Shown: positions 38,153 to 47,977 of the stretch, one piece after another
Layout of the letters: every line of letters begins with the position of its first letter
Numbering within the stretch: the stretch's first letter is position 1
Assembly: GCA_035316325.1 (NCBI GenBank)
Contig: DATHJB010000017.1
Span: 3,434-67,433, forward strand
Length of the DNA stretch: 64,000 nt
DNA from: Acidimicrobiales bacterium
GTDB taxonomy: Bacteria; Actinomycetota; Acidimicrobiia; Acidimicrobiales; VFJN01
Direction: 5' to 3'
Made by a program: the position numbers and the translations under genes
Notes under the pieces: generated by a model
Databases searched by the model: none
Told to the model about the DNA's origin: nothing
What the model saw: the letters and a program-made list of their open reading frames with translations, nothing else

Positions 38153-39705
38153 ACGGTGCCCAGGCCCTGATCCGCACCCTGGTGGCGAGCGGGGTCGACA
38201 CCTGCTTCGCCAACCCGGGCACGTCGGAGATGCACTTCGTCGCCGCGCTCGACACCGTCCCCGAGATGCAGGGCGTGCTGGCGCTGTTCGAGGGCGTCGC
38301 CACCGGTGCCGCCGACGGCTACGCCCGCATGTCCGGCCGGCCGGCCGCCACCCTGCTGCACCTCGGCCCGGGCCTGGGCAACGGCCTCGCCAACCTCCAC
38401 AACGCCCGCAAGGGGCATGTGCCGATCGTCAACGTCGTCGGCGACCACGCCACCTACCACAAGCACTACGACGCCCAGCTGGAGTCCGACATCGAGACCG
38501 TGGCCCGCAACGTGTCGCCGTGGATCCGCACGTCGGCGTCGTCGGCCGACGTGGGGCGCGACGCCGCCGAGGCCGTCGCCGCCGCCGTCGGTCCGCCGGG
38601 CGAGGTGGCCACGCTGATCCTGCCGGCCGACGTGAGCTGGCTCGACGGGGGCGAGGTGGCCGACCCGGTGGCGCCCCGGGCCCGGGCGGAGGTCGACGGC
38701 GACGTGGTCGACGCCGTGGCCAAGGCGCTGCGCTCGGGTGAGCCGACGGCGTTCCTGCTGGGCGGGGCGGCCCTGGTCGAGCCGGCGCTGCTGGCCGCCA
38801 GCCGGGCCGCCAACGCGGCCGGGGCGAAGCTGCTGGCCGAGACGTTCCCCACCCGCGTCGAGCGGGGCGCCGGCCTGCCGGGGGTCGAGCGGATCGCCTA
38901 CCTGGCCGAGTTCGCGGCCATGCAGCTGGGTGGCCTGCGCCACCTGGTGGTGGTCGACAGCAAGGCGCCGGTGAGCTTCTTCGCCTACCCGGGCAAGGAC
39001 AGCTACCTGGTGCCCGACGGCTGCGAGGTGCACGTGCTGGCCGAGGGCCACCACGACGTCACCGGTGCCCTGGAGGCCCTCGCGGAAGCGGTGGGCGCTC
39101 CGGCCGACGGTGCCGTGCTGCAGCCGTCGATGCTCCCCGGCACGCCGTCCGGGCCCCTGACCCCCGACGCCATCGCCCAGGCCATCGGGGCGCTGCTGCC
39201 GGAGGGGGCGATCGTGTCGGACGAGGCCAACACGTCGGGCCTGTCGATCCCCGGCCACACCGCAGGCTCGCCCCGGCACGACTGGCTGTGCCTCACCGGT
39301 GGGGCGATCGGCCAGGGCATGCCGGTGGCGACCGGTGCCGCCGTCGCCTGCCCGGACCGCAAGGTGCTGAGCCTGCAGGCCGACGGCAGCGCCCTCTACA
39401 CCCTCCAGTCGCTGTGGACCCAGGCCCGCCACGGGCTCGACGTGGTCACGATCCTCTACAACAACCGGTCGTACGCGGTGCTCAACATGGAGCTCAACCG
39501 GGTCGGCGCCGAGGCGCCCGGTCCCAAGGCGAAGGCCCTGCTCGACCTCTCGGGCCCCGACATCGACTTCGTGTCGCTGTCCCAGGGACTCGGCGTCCCC
39601 GCCACCCGCGCCACCACGGCCGACGAGCTCTCCGACCAGCTCGCCCGAGCCCTCGCCACCGAAGGCCCCACCCTCATCGAGGCGATGGTCCCCTCGATCA
39701 TGTAG
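38149..39705 (+). CDS. ThDP-dependent enzyme, acetolactate synthase large-subunit-like
   Basis: MNGAQALI, FANPGTSEMH, LFEGVATGAADGY, ADGSALYT...NN ThDP motif. ATGA overlap. Confidence 0.88.
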   Translation: MNGAQALIRTLVASGVDTCFANPGTSEMHFVAALDTVPEMQGVLALFEGVATGAADGYARMSGRPAATLLHLGPGLGNGLANLHNARKGHVPIVNVVGDHATYHKHYDAQLESDIETVARNVSPWIRTSASSADVGRDAAEAVAAAVGPPGEVATLILPADVSWLDGGEVADPVAPRARAEVDGDVVDAVAKALRSGEPTAFLLGGAALVEPALLAASRAANAAGAKLLAETFPTRVERGAGLPGVERIAYLAEFAAMQLGGLRHLVVVDSKAPVSFFAYPGKDSYLVPDGCEVHVLAEGHHDVTGALEALAEAVGAPADGAVLQPSMLPGTPSGPLTPDAIAQAIGALLPEGAIVSDEANTSGLSIPGHTAGSPRHDWLCLTGGAIGQGMPVATGAAVACPDRKVLSLQADGSALYTLQSLWTQARHGLDVVTILYNNRSYAVLNMELNRVGAEAPGPKAKALLDLSGPDIDFVSLSQGLGVPATRATTADELSDQLARALATEGPTLIEAMVPSIM

Positions 39706-39718
39706 GCGGTCGCTCCGG

Positions 39719-40231
39719 TCAGGTGGCGACCAGGGCCTCCCAGTCGGGGATCGCGTCGAGGACAGGTTGCACGTAGGCGTCGACGACCTCCGCGGGCGCC
39801 TCGTTGGCGCCGCCGCACACCGAGAAGGAGGTGTCGGCCAGGGTCTCGCCGCGGTCCGTGATCTCGAGGGACCGGCTGGTGCCACCGTCACAGCCGCCGT
39901 CGTCCTCGACGTCGAGGTCGGCGACGGTTCCGCCGTCGGACACCAGGTCGTCCCAGACGTCGGCGGGCAGGGGCGCGGTGACGTCCTCGATCACGTCGCC
40001 GTAGCTGTCGACCACCGCGCGGACCTCGGTCGCGTCGATCGTCAGGGTGTAGCTGCGGTGGAACTCCGGCGGCACCGACGCGTCGCCGAACTCGTAGGTG
40101 ATCGAGGCCTCGTCGCTGAGCGTGACGTCGTCGCCGTCGTCGGCACCGTCGTCGTCGCCGCACGCCGCGGCGACGCCCACGAGGCCGATGATGGCGAGGA
40201 CGAGTGCCAGCCTCGCCGTCGTCGCCGTCAC
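39719..40231 (-). CDS. Hypothetical lipoprotein
   Basis: Signal peptide with AAAC lipobox and an acidic mature domain containing a Cys pair. Confidence 0.7.
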   Translation of the reverse strand: MTATTARLALVLAIIGLVGVAAACGDDDGADDGDDVTLSDEASITYEFGDASVPPEFHRSYTLTIDATEVRAVVDSYGDVIEDVTAPLPADVWDDLVSDGGTVADLDVEDDGGCDGGTSRSLEITDRGETLADTSFSVCGGANEAPAEVVDAYVQPVLDAIPDWEALVAT

Positions 40232-40542
40232 CCCGGAGCGCTCCCGGGGAGGGTGAACCAGGGGCCCGTGCGGCCGTGGGTGATGTCGATCTGTCGCCAG
40301 ATGTCGTGGACCTTGTAGGGCTCGTCGTCGAGCCAGGCTTCGACGTCGGCACGGGTGGGGAGGTCGACCACCATCACCGAGCCGATCATCCGCTCGGCGT
40401 CGTTCAGCAGGGCGACCGCGAACAGGAGCGTGCCCAGCTCCACCATCTTCTCGCAGCGGGCCATGTGCTCCGGCCGCACCGCGATCCGACGCTCGCGCGC
40501 ACCGTCGTCGTCATGGTCATGGGCGATCACCACGAACTGCAT
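40228..40542 (-). CDS. YciI-family protein
   Basis: MQFVVIAHD...RR...RPEH, GSVMVV, W..DEPY. Confidence 0.85.
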   Translation of the reverse strand: MQFVVIAHDHDDDGARERRIAVRPEHMARCEKMVELGTLLFAVALLNDAERMIGSVMVVDLPTRADVEAWLDDEPYKVHDIWRQIDITHGRTGPWFTLPGSAPG

Positions 40543-40614
40543 CGCCCGACCATGCCCCAGCCGGCACCGGGGGTGCACGTTTCACGGGCAAATGCTTGAC
40601 CTGAGGGTCGAGGT

Positions 40615-43600
40615 GTGGCGAGGGTAAGGGCCGTCCCCGCGATCGAACGGGCGCCGGCTGGTGGAGGCGCGTACAGTCAGAAGCCGCTGGCGGAGAGAAC
40701 GACCTTGTCCGATGTCCTGACGTTCCTTCTCATCGAACTCCCCCCGGACGACTCCCACGTCACGGGTGTCGCGCCTGCTGCCGTGGTGCAGGAGGCCGTC
40801 CGGGCGGCGGGCGGGACCGTCACCGACGAGGGCGCCGGAGCCGGCGGCGACGCGACGGGCGCGCACACCGCCGTCTTCCACATCGCCAGCGGCGCCGCGC
40901 TGGCCGCGGTGCAGGTCGCCCGCACCCTCGCCGCCGCCCCGCCCCGCATGGCGCTGTGCACCGGCGACGCCGACGCCCGCTCCACCCTCGGCGGCGCCGC
41001 CCGCCAGCGCGCCGGAGCCCTGCTGCGCCTGACGCAACGCCGGCAGATCCTGGTCACGGCGTCGACAGCGGTGATGGCGAGCCCGGCGCTGCCCCGCCAG
41101 GCCGAGCTGGTCGACTGCGGCGTCCGCGCCCTCGACCCCACCCGTCCGCCCGAGCGCATCTACGAGCTGCGCCCCGGCTCGCTGGACCCCGGCGACCTCG
41201 CCACCACCCACGACGACGACCTCACCAGCTCCAACCTCGAATGGGCCCGCCGCGCCGCCCACGGCCCGGTGCTCGGCCGCGAGGACCCGCTCGCCGCGCT
41301 CGAAGCCGCCTGGCAGGCAACCCTGCACGGCAAGCGTCGCACGGTCGTGCTCTCCGGCGAGGGCGGCATCGGCAAGACCACCGTCGCCGCCGAGCTGGCC
41401 CTGCGCCTCCACGCCGAGGGCGCCCTCGTGCTCTACGGCCGCTGGGATCCCGAGCCCCTCGCCCCCTACCAGGCCATGCGGGAAGCACTGGGCTCCTACG
41501 CCAGCGCCTGCCCCACGCCCCGCCTGCGCATCGACCTCGACGGCTGGGGCGACGAGCTGTCCCGCCTGCTGCCCGACGTCGGGGCCCGGGTCGGCGGCGT
41601 CCGCTCCCCGCTGCGGGGCGACCCCGAGAGCGAGCGCCTGCGCCTGTTCGAGGCCATCGAGACCTGGCTGGACCGCCTGGCCAGCCGCCGCGGCCTGCTG
41701 GTGGTGCTCGACGACCTGCACTGGGCCGAGCGCTCGTCGTGGCTGCTGCTCGACCACCTGCGCCACTCCCCCGGCACCGCCCCCCGGATGATCCTCACGA
41801 CCCTGCGCGAGGGCGAGGCCGGCGCCGACAGCTTCGAGCGCGACAGCGAGGGCCTCGAGCACGTGCGCCTCGGCGGGCTCGACGAGGCCGTGGTGGCCCA
41901 GCTCGTGGAGCAGACCCTCGGCCACACCGGCGGCCCGCTCGACGACGACCTGGTCACGTGGCTCACCGACGGGACCGCCGGCAACCCGCTGTTCGTCCAG
42001 GAGGTGCTGCGGGGCGTCGGCCGCAGCGACGACACGAGCCGGGCGCTGCGGGCGGCCCGTGATGCCGTCCCCGGAAGGTTGGCCGACGTGGTGGCCTGGC
42101 GGCTCAAGCAGCTCCCGGCCGCCACGAGCAGCCTCCTGGCCGACGCCGCCCTGATCGGCCCGACCTTCGACCTCGACCTGCTGGCCAGCGCCCGGGCGGC
42201 GACGCCGATCTCCCTGCAGGCCGCCCTGGACGACGGCGTCCGGACGGGTCTGCTGCAGGCCCGTGAGCCCGGGGGCTCGCGCTACGCCTTCACCCACGAC
42301 CTGGTGCGCCGCGCCCTCCAGGAGACCCGTGAGGGCAGCGAGAGCGCGTCGCTGCACCGTCGCATCGCCACCGCCCTCGCCAACCGGGCGCTGGCCGGCG
42401 GCGAGGTGATCGCCGCCGAGGTGGCCCACCACCACCTGCTCGGCGCCGACTACCAGACCATCGGCCCCGCGGTCCGCTGGGCCCGCAACGCCGCCGAGGC
42501 CGCCCGCCGGGAGACCGCCTTCGAGACCGCGGTCAACCTGCTCGGCCGGGCCATCGACGCCCACGACCGGTTCTACGGCATCGCCCACCTGCTCGCCGAG
42601 CCCGAGGCGCAGGACCTGGTCGGCAGCACGATCGAGGACGACGTCGCCCTGGCCTGCGAGCTGCGCCTGGAGCTGGCCGAGGCCCACGACCGCGCCGGCG
42701 AGTTCACCGCCCGCGACGAGCGCCACATGGAGGCCGCCGAGCTGGCCCGGCGCCTCGACCGCACCGACCTGTTCGTGCGCGCCGCCCTCGGCTTCGGCGG
42801 CATCCTGCCTGCCGCCGCACCCCCGAACCCCGACGCCAGCGGCCTGCTCGCCGAGGCTCTCGAGCGCATGCCCACCAGCGACAGCCGCTCCCGGGCCATC
42901 GCCCTGGCCCGCTACGCCCAGGTGCAGAACCTGGTCGCCCCCTATCCCGAGCGCCGGGCCCAGTCCGACGAGGCCGTCGCCATGGCCCGCCGGATCGACG
43001 CACCCGTCGTGCTGGCCCAGGTGCTGATGGCCCGCTGCCTCACCCTCGACGGCCCCGAGGACGCCGAGGAGCAGGTCGCCGTCGGCGAGGAGATCACCCG
43101 CCTGGGCGAGCGCACCGCGGATCCCGAGCTGGTCCTCCAGGGTGCCCGCGCCCGCATGCCGGCGCTCATCAACCTGGCGTGCCAGGACGAGGCCAGCGCC
43201 CTGGCCGAGACCTTCGCCCGCCTCGCCGACCAGGTCCGCCACCCCGACCACCTGCGGCTGGCCCGCATGTGGCGGATCATGCGGACCGGGCTCGACGGCC
43301 GCTACATCGAGGCCGAGGCCCAGGCCGACCAACTGCTCGACGAGCTCCTCGCCGCCGGCCACGTGCAGGGCGTCGGCATCCACTTCGTCCAGACGTTCGG
43401 CGGCCGCTGGCTTCACGGCGACCTCGAGCGCAGCCGCCCCGCCCTGGAAGCCATGAAGATGGTCTTCCCCAGCTCCATCCGCTTCTGGGCCATCTCGCTG
43501 TGGCTCGACATGTTCTCCGGCGAGGACGAGCGGGCCCGGGCCGAGCTGGCTGCCGCCGACCCCCGCCAGGTCCGTGAGCTGCCCTGGGACTACTTCTGGT

Positions 43601-44022
43601 GGCCGACGGTGCTGGCGTGGACCGTCGTGGCCACCCAGGGCGCCACCGTCGGGCAGGCCGACCGCGAGTGGGCCGCCGAGCTCTACGACGCCATGGAGCC
43701 CTACCGCGGCCGCAACTGCGCCCTCGGCTACGCGGCCTACGGCGGCGCCGTCGACCACTACCTCGGCACCCTCGCGACCGTCCTCGACCGCCACGACGAG
43801 GCCGTCACCCTGCTCGAGTCCGGGCTCGCCCGGCACCGCGAGCTCGAGGCCGTCGAGCTCACCGCCCTCTCCACCCGCTGGCTGGCCCACGCCCTGGCGG
43901 CCCGTGCCGGCCCCGACGACGTCGAGCGCGCCGGCCGCCTGCTCGACGAGAGCCTGGCCGCCGAGCGCGAGCTGGGCCTCCACGGGCTGCCGCCCGCGGC
44001 GGAGCTGCCGCTCAGCCGTTGA
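40615..44022 (+). CDS. STAND/AAA ATPase with degenerate class III cyclase-like N-terminus and helical TPR-like C-terminus
   Basis: Walker A GEGGIGKT, Walker B VVLDDLHW, TAGNPLF, YAFTHDL. The N-terminus has a cyclase-like layout (TFLLIE...RMALCTG...QILVT...ERIYEL). True start may be TTG 40705. Confidence 0.8.
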   Translation: MARVRAVPAIERAPAGGGAYSQKPLAERTTLSDVLTFLLIELPPDDSHVTGVAPAAVVQEAVRAAGGTVTDEGAGAGGDATGAHTAVFHIASGAALAAVQVARTLAAAPPRMALCTGDADARSTLGGAARQRAGALLRLTQRRQILVTASTAVMASPALPRQAELVDCGVRALDPTRPPERIYELRPGSLDPGDLATTHDDDLTSSNLEWARRAAHGPVLGREDPLAALEAAWQATLHGKRRTVVLSGEGGIGKTTVAAELALRLHAEGALVLYGRWDPEPLAPYQAMREALGSYASACPTPRLRIDLDGWGDELSRLLPDVGARVGGVRSPLRGDPESERLRLFEAIETWLDRLASRRGLLVVLDDLHWAERSSWLLLDHLRHSPGTAPRMILTTLREGEAGADSFERDSEGLEHVRLGGLDEAVVAQLVEQTLGHTGGPLDDDLVTWLTDGTAGNPLFVQEVLRGVGRSDDTSRALRAARDAVPGRLADVVAWRLKQLPAATSSLLADAALIGPTFDLDLLASARAATPISLQAALDDGVRTGLLQAREPGGSRYAFTHDLVRRALQETREGSESASLHRRIATALANRALAGGEVIAAEVAHHHLLGADYQTIGPAVRWARNAAEAARRETAFETAVNLLGRAIDAHDRFYGIAHLLAEPEAQDLVGSTIEDDVALACELRLELAEAHDRAGEFTARDERHMEAAELARRLDRTDLFVRAALGFGGILPAAAPPNPDASGLLAEALERMPTSDSRSRAIALARYAQVQNLVAPYPERRAQSDEAVAMARRIDAPVVLAQVLMARCLTLDGPEDAEEQVAVGEEITRLGERTADPELVLQGARARMPALINLACQDEASALAETFARLADQVRHPDHLRLARMWRIMRTGLDGRYIEAEAQADQLLDELLAAGHVQGVGIHFVQTFGGRWLHGDLERSRPALEAMKMVFPSSIRFWAISLWLDMFSGEDERARAELAAADPRQVRELPWDYFWWPTVLAWTVVATQGATVGQADREWAAELYDAMEPYRGRNCALGYAAYGGAVDHYLGTLATVLDRHDEAVTLLESGLARHRELEAVELTALSTRWLAHALAARAGPDDVERAGRLLDESLAAERELGLHGLPPAAELPLSR

Positions 44023-47000
44023 AGCGGTCGAGGTGGGCCGACAACAGCGGGAACACGTCGCGCGCCGCGTTGCGGCCGATCAGCGCGTCGAGGTGGGCGT
44101 AGTCGGGCAGCACCAGCCGCTCGTAGAGCTTGGGGTCGTTGGCCTGCTGCAGCCAGCGCAGCGTCCGCAGGCTGCCCTCCGGGTGGAAGATCTGGTTGTG
44201 GGCGCCCTGCACCAGCAGCAGCGGCAGGCCCAGCCGCTCGGGATGGGCCCGGTAGACGTCGGCGCCCGCGGCGTCGAGCACGCCGCGGCGCTGGGTGACG
44301 TCGGCGAAGTGCTGGAACGTCGCCAGGTTGCCGACGCCGAACAGCTCGTCGAGCAGGTCGTGGGTGGCGTCGTCGAGCTGCTCGTGCCGATGGGTGCAGC
44401 CGTACATGGCGTTCACCCAGCGGCACACGGCCTTGCCGCAGCGCTCGTCGGACGCGATCGGCACCACCCGCAACAGCGTGTCGAGCACGGAGTTCGGCAC
44501 CGTCGGCCCGCGCAGCGGCTGCACCCGCTGCAGGCCGAGCGCTGCGGCGATCTTCGGGATGCGCAGCGCCGCCTTGGTCTGGTTCAGCAGCGAGCTGGCG
44601 GTGTGCAGCGTGAACTGCATGCACACGCCCGACCGCACGCCGTCGAGACCGGAGGCCAGCGCCATCAGCAGCGTCGCCGACCCGACGCAGTGGCCCAGCG
44701 CCTGCACGCTGCCGGCCCCGGTCACCCGCAGGACCTCGGCCACGGCGGTCGGCCAGTCCTCGGTGGCGATGTCGTCGAGGTTGAACTGGCTCTTCGACGA
44801 CTCGAGGTCGATGCTGGCGCGGTAGTCGAACAGCCAGACGTCGTAGCCCCGGGCCACCAGGTGCTCGGTGAGGTTGGTCTCGACGGTGCTGAGCAGGAAC
44901 GACGTGGCCGACATGCCGAAGCCCCCCGCCAGCAGCACCGGGCCCCGCCGGCCGCCCTCGAACCGGGTGAGGCGCAGCCAGGCGTCGTCGCCGAGGTCGT
45001 TGCCCTCGTGCCAGCGCCCCGATCCGTCGCACCAGCGGGGCTCGGCCTGCGGGAGCCGCAGCTTCCGGCTCCCGTCGCCGGTGAGCGTGAGCGGCGTGCG
45101 CTTGGCGCCAGGCAGGTGGGGCAGGACGTCGTCGAGCGGGCCGCCGTACACCTTGAGCAGCGACTTCAGGAACGTGACGCTGAAGCGGCCCTGCCAGCGG
45201 GCCCGCTCCCAGCGGCTCGCCACGCCGCCCACCCGCATGGTGGTCATCTGGCGGGCGAAGTCGCCGGGGCCCAGGTGCATCACGCCGGTGGCGACCAGGC
45301 GGCCGGGTGCGCGCTCGTCGGTGACGGCGACGTACATGGTGGTGGTGTCGCCCCAGGCGTCGAGGCCGGCCCGGTCGTGGAGCACCTTCGTGCCCTCGAA
45401 CCGGTAGCGCCGGCCGTCCACGGCGACGAGGCGCATCGAGTAGCGCATCAGCCAGCTGTCGACGTGGGTCTTGTCCTCGGCGACCAGCTGGAAGTGGCCG
45501 TCGACCACCACCAGCCGGTGGGGCGACAGCAGCGGGGCGACCACCGTGCCCGCAAGGGTGCCGGGCCGCGAGGGGTCGTCGAGCAGGGCGGGCAGGTCGT
45601 CGACGCCCACGCTCAGCACGAACTCGACCGTCGAGCCGTCGGCCCGGCCCCGGTCGGCCCCGGCCCGTCCGGCGGCCAGCAGGTCCTCGCGGTCGACCGG
45701 CAGCGGCGTCTCGACCGGGCCGAGGTGGCCCCGCATCCGCTCCGTGAACCGCAGGCTCGGGGTGGGCGTGGGCGCCCCCGGCGACCCGGGCTGCGACGCC
45801 GTGGATGACGGGCGCCTCGCGCGCGACGTGATGAACGGTGTCACCGCCTCCAGCCACGAGTCGTCGGGGGCGCGCTCGCCGTAGTCGACCTCCACCAGCG
45901 GTTCGAGCTCGAGCTCGACGAGGCCGGCGGTCGCCACCAGGTCGTCGACCAGCAGGTCAGCGGCCCGCTCGGCCAGCGCCGAGATCGTGAGCAGCGGGTT
46001 CACCGCCAGCGGCCGAGGCACGATCGACCCGTCGACCACCGACAGGCCCTCGTGCAACGCGGTGCCGTCGCCGTCGAACACCCGGCCCCGGTGGTCGACC
46101 ACGCCGGTGCCGGCATCGTCGCCCATGGGGCAACCGCCGAGGGGGTGCACCGTGATCAGCGAGTCGTGGAACATCGGGGTGGAGAACGGGTTGCGCACCA
46201 GCTTGGCGTTCAGCGCCTTGCTGGCGGTCGTGAGGGCAGCCTCGCCCCGGTCGAACACCGGCTCGTCGCCGGCGCCGGTCCACTCGACGTCGACGCCGTC
46301 GCCCCCGTCGTAGGTGAGGCGGCCCTCGCCACCGTCGTCGCCCATGACCAGGTAGGTGAGGGTCCGCTGCAGGGCACCCGACGACGTCCGCAGCCGGGTG
46401 ACCACCCGGCGCAGGAAGCTGAACGGGCCACCCGCCCTGCCCGTCTCGGCGGCGAAAGCGAACGCGGCGGGCAGCACCGTACGGAGTGCACCCGGCAGGG
46501 CGCCTTCCTCGACGAGCAGCTCGCCACGCGGCCCGTCGGGGATGCGCACCATGCCGGTGATGCACGGTCCGACCTCGGTGTCGGGCGTCGGGGGACGGCG
46601 CCCGAGACCGAGGCCTCGCACGGGGGCGTCAGCGTCGTAGGCGAACGCGAGGGCGTCGCCGTTGCCGCTGAACCCGTGGCCCAGCCGAGGGGAGACGGCC
46701 AGGCCTTCCGTGCGGGAACGAAACAGGATCTCCGTCGAGCCGAGGGCGCCCGCCGCCAGCACGACGTTGTCGGCGTGGACGAACAGCGACGGGGCGTCGC
46801 CGAAGCGGCCCCGCCGGTCGGCCACCGAGTCGAATGACACCCGCCAACGACCGCCGCTCGACGGGCGGGCCGGCAGCACCGTGCGGACCTCCGCCTCGGT
46901 GAAGACGTGCGCCCCGTGCTGCACGGCGTGGGGCAGGTAGTTGGTGTTCACGGTTCGCTTCGCGCCGTAGTTGCAACCGGTGACGCAGTCGCCGCAGAGC

Positions 47001-47677
47001 TGGCAGCTGCCCGGGTCGTCCCGGCGGCCGAACTGCACCGTCACCGGCGCGCGCTCCACCGTGACGCCCAGCGACTCGGCGGCCGTGCCGAGCGCACGGA
47101 GCTTGGTCGGCGTCGGCCACTCGCCGCCGGGCTCGGGGTAGCGGGAGACGCCCAGCATGTGCTCGGCCCGGGTCAGGTAGGGGTCGAGCACCTCGCCCTG
47201 CTTGTGCAGCTCGGCGGGCCAGCGCTCGTCGTCGAACACCCAGGCCGGCGGGCGCAGGGCGACCCCGGCGTTGATCAGCGACGTGCCGCCCAGCCCGCAG
47301 CCGACCAGCACGCTCACGTCGTGGCCGGCGTGGAGGTCGAAGAGGCCGGTGCGCGAGCCGTGACGACGGCCCCGCCGGCGCCACTGGATCTGGCGGATCG
47401 CGTCGCGCAGCGTGTCGGGGAAGTCGCCGGGGTGCAGCTCGCGGCCCCGCTCGAGGATGCACACCGAGTGCCCGGCCGCCGCCAGCCGGGCGGCCATGAT
47501 CGCACCGCCGTAGCCGGAGCCCACCACGACCACGTCGTAGCGGGCCTCGAGGCGGTCGAGGGTGGAAGACAGGCGCGGTGGCATGTGGGTCGCAGGGTGG
47601 CGTTTGCGTGCGCGACCGTCAAACGGTGTCCCGCGACCAGCACCGGCCGTGTCGCTGCGCAGTGTCGTGTCGGTCAC
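44012..47677 (-). CDS. GMC (cholesterol oxidase-like) oxidoreductase fused to alpha/beta hydrolase
   Basis: YDVVVVGSGYGG, GCGLGGTSLIN, LAAGALGS, TVHPLGGC, VVDGS, then GHCVG and YAHLD. Start GTG 47677 has an AAGGAG RBS. Confidence 0.88.
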   Translation of the reverse strand: MTDTTLRSDTAGAGRGTPFDGRARKRHPATHMPPRLSSTLDRLEARYDVVVVGSGYGGAIMAARLAAAGHSVCILERGRELHPGDFPDTLRDAIRQIQWRRRGRRHGSRTGLFDLHAGHDVSVLVGCGLGGTSLINAGVALRPPAWVFDDERWPAELHKQGEVLDPYLTRAEHMLGVSRYPEPGGEWPTPTKLRALGTAAESLGVTVERAPVTVQFGRRDDPGSCQLCGDCVTGCNYGAKRTVNTNYLPHAVQHGAHVFTEAEVRTVLPARPSSGGRWRVSFDSVADRRGRFGDAPSLFVHADNVVLAAGALGSTEILFRSRTEGLAVSPRLGHGFSGNGDALAFAYDADAPVRGLGLGRRPPTPDTEVGPCITGMVRIPDGPRGELLVEEGALPGALRTVLPAAFAFAAETGRAGGPFSFLRRVVTRLRTSSGALQRTLTYLVMGDDGGEGRLTYDGGDGVDVEWTGAGDEPVFDRGEAALTTASKALNAKLVRNPFSTPMFHDSLITVHPLGGCPMGDDAGTGVVDHRGRVFDGDGTALHEGLSVVDGSIVPRPLAVNPLLTISALAERAADLLVDDLVATAGLVELELEPLVEVDYGERAPDDSWLEAVTPFITSRARRPSSTASQPGSPGAPTPTPSLRFTERMRGHLGPVETPLPVDREDLLAAGRAGADRGRADGSTVEFVLSVGVDDLPALLDDPSRPGTLAGTVVAPLLSPHRLVVVDGHFQLVAEDKTHVDSWLMRYSMRLVAVDGRRYRFEGTKVLHDRAGLDAWGDTTTMYVAVTDERAPGRLVATGVMHLGPGDFARQMTTMRVGGVASRWERARWQGRFSVTFLKSLLKVYGGPLDDVLPHLPGAKRTPLTLTGDGSRKLRLPQAEPRWCDGSGRWHEGNDLGDDAWLRLTRFEGGRRGPVLLAGGFGMSATSFLLSTVETNLTEHLVARGYDVWLFDYRASIDLESSKSQFNLDDIATEDWPTAVAEVLRVTGAGSVQALGHCVGSATLLMALASGLDGVRSGVCMQFTLHTASSLLNQTKAALRIPKIAAALGLQRVQPLRGPTVPNSVLDTLLRVVPIASDERCGKAVCRWVNAMYGCTHRHEQLDDATHDLLDELFGVGNLATFQHFADVTQRRGVLDAAGADVYRAHPERLGLPLLLVQGAHNQIFHPEGSLRTLRWLQQANDPKLYERLVLPDYAHLDALIGRNAARDVFPLLSAHLDRFNG

Positions 47678-47820
47678 CAGGTCGCTCCTTCCCCAGACTG
47701 GGCTAGTGGGCCGGCCCCGCCGCAGGCCGGCCCACCGCCGCGGTGTCCAGGAACCGGTCTCCGCTCCGCCACGAACGTGACCACCGCTGGCTCCCAGGAC
47801 GTTTCCGCTGATGAGCACTT

Positions 47821-47850
47821 TGCAACAGGGCCCGCAAAGAACGCGCAACG
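47821..47850. promoter_or_regulatory. GCAA direct repeats at about one helical turn spacing in the divergent promoter
   Basis: GCAA at 47822, 47834 and 47845, between the GMC gene and the SARP gene. Confidence 0.35.
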
Positions 47851-47977
47851 TCGCCGACAGCAGAGCGCGCGAGGTGTTCGCACGACCGCGACCAGCGGTG
47901 GCGGCCTTTGCCCTGTCTCGCGCACGCAGTGTCACACTGGGTGTCGGCTCTTCCGGGACGACGGTACGGGGAGGCAG

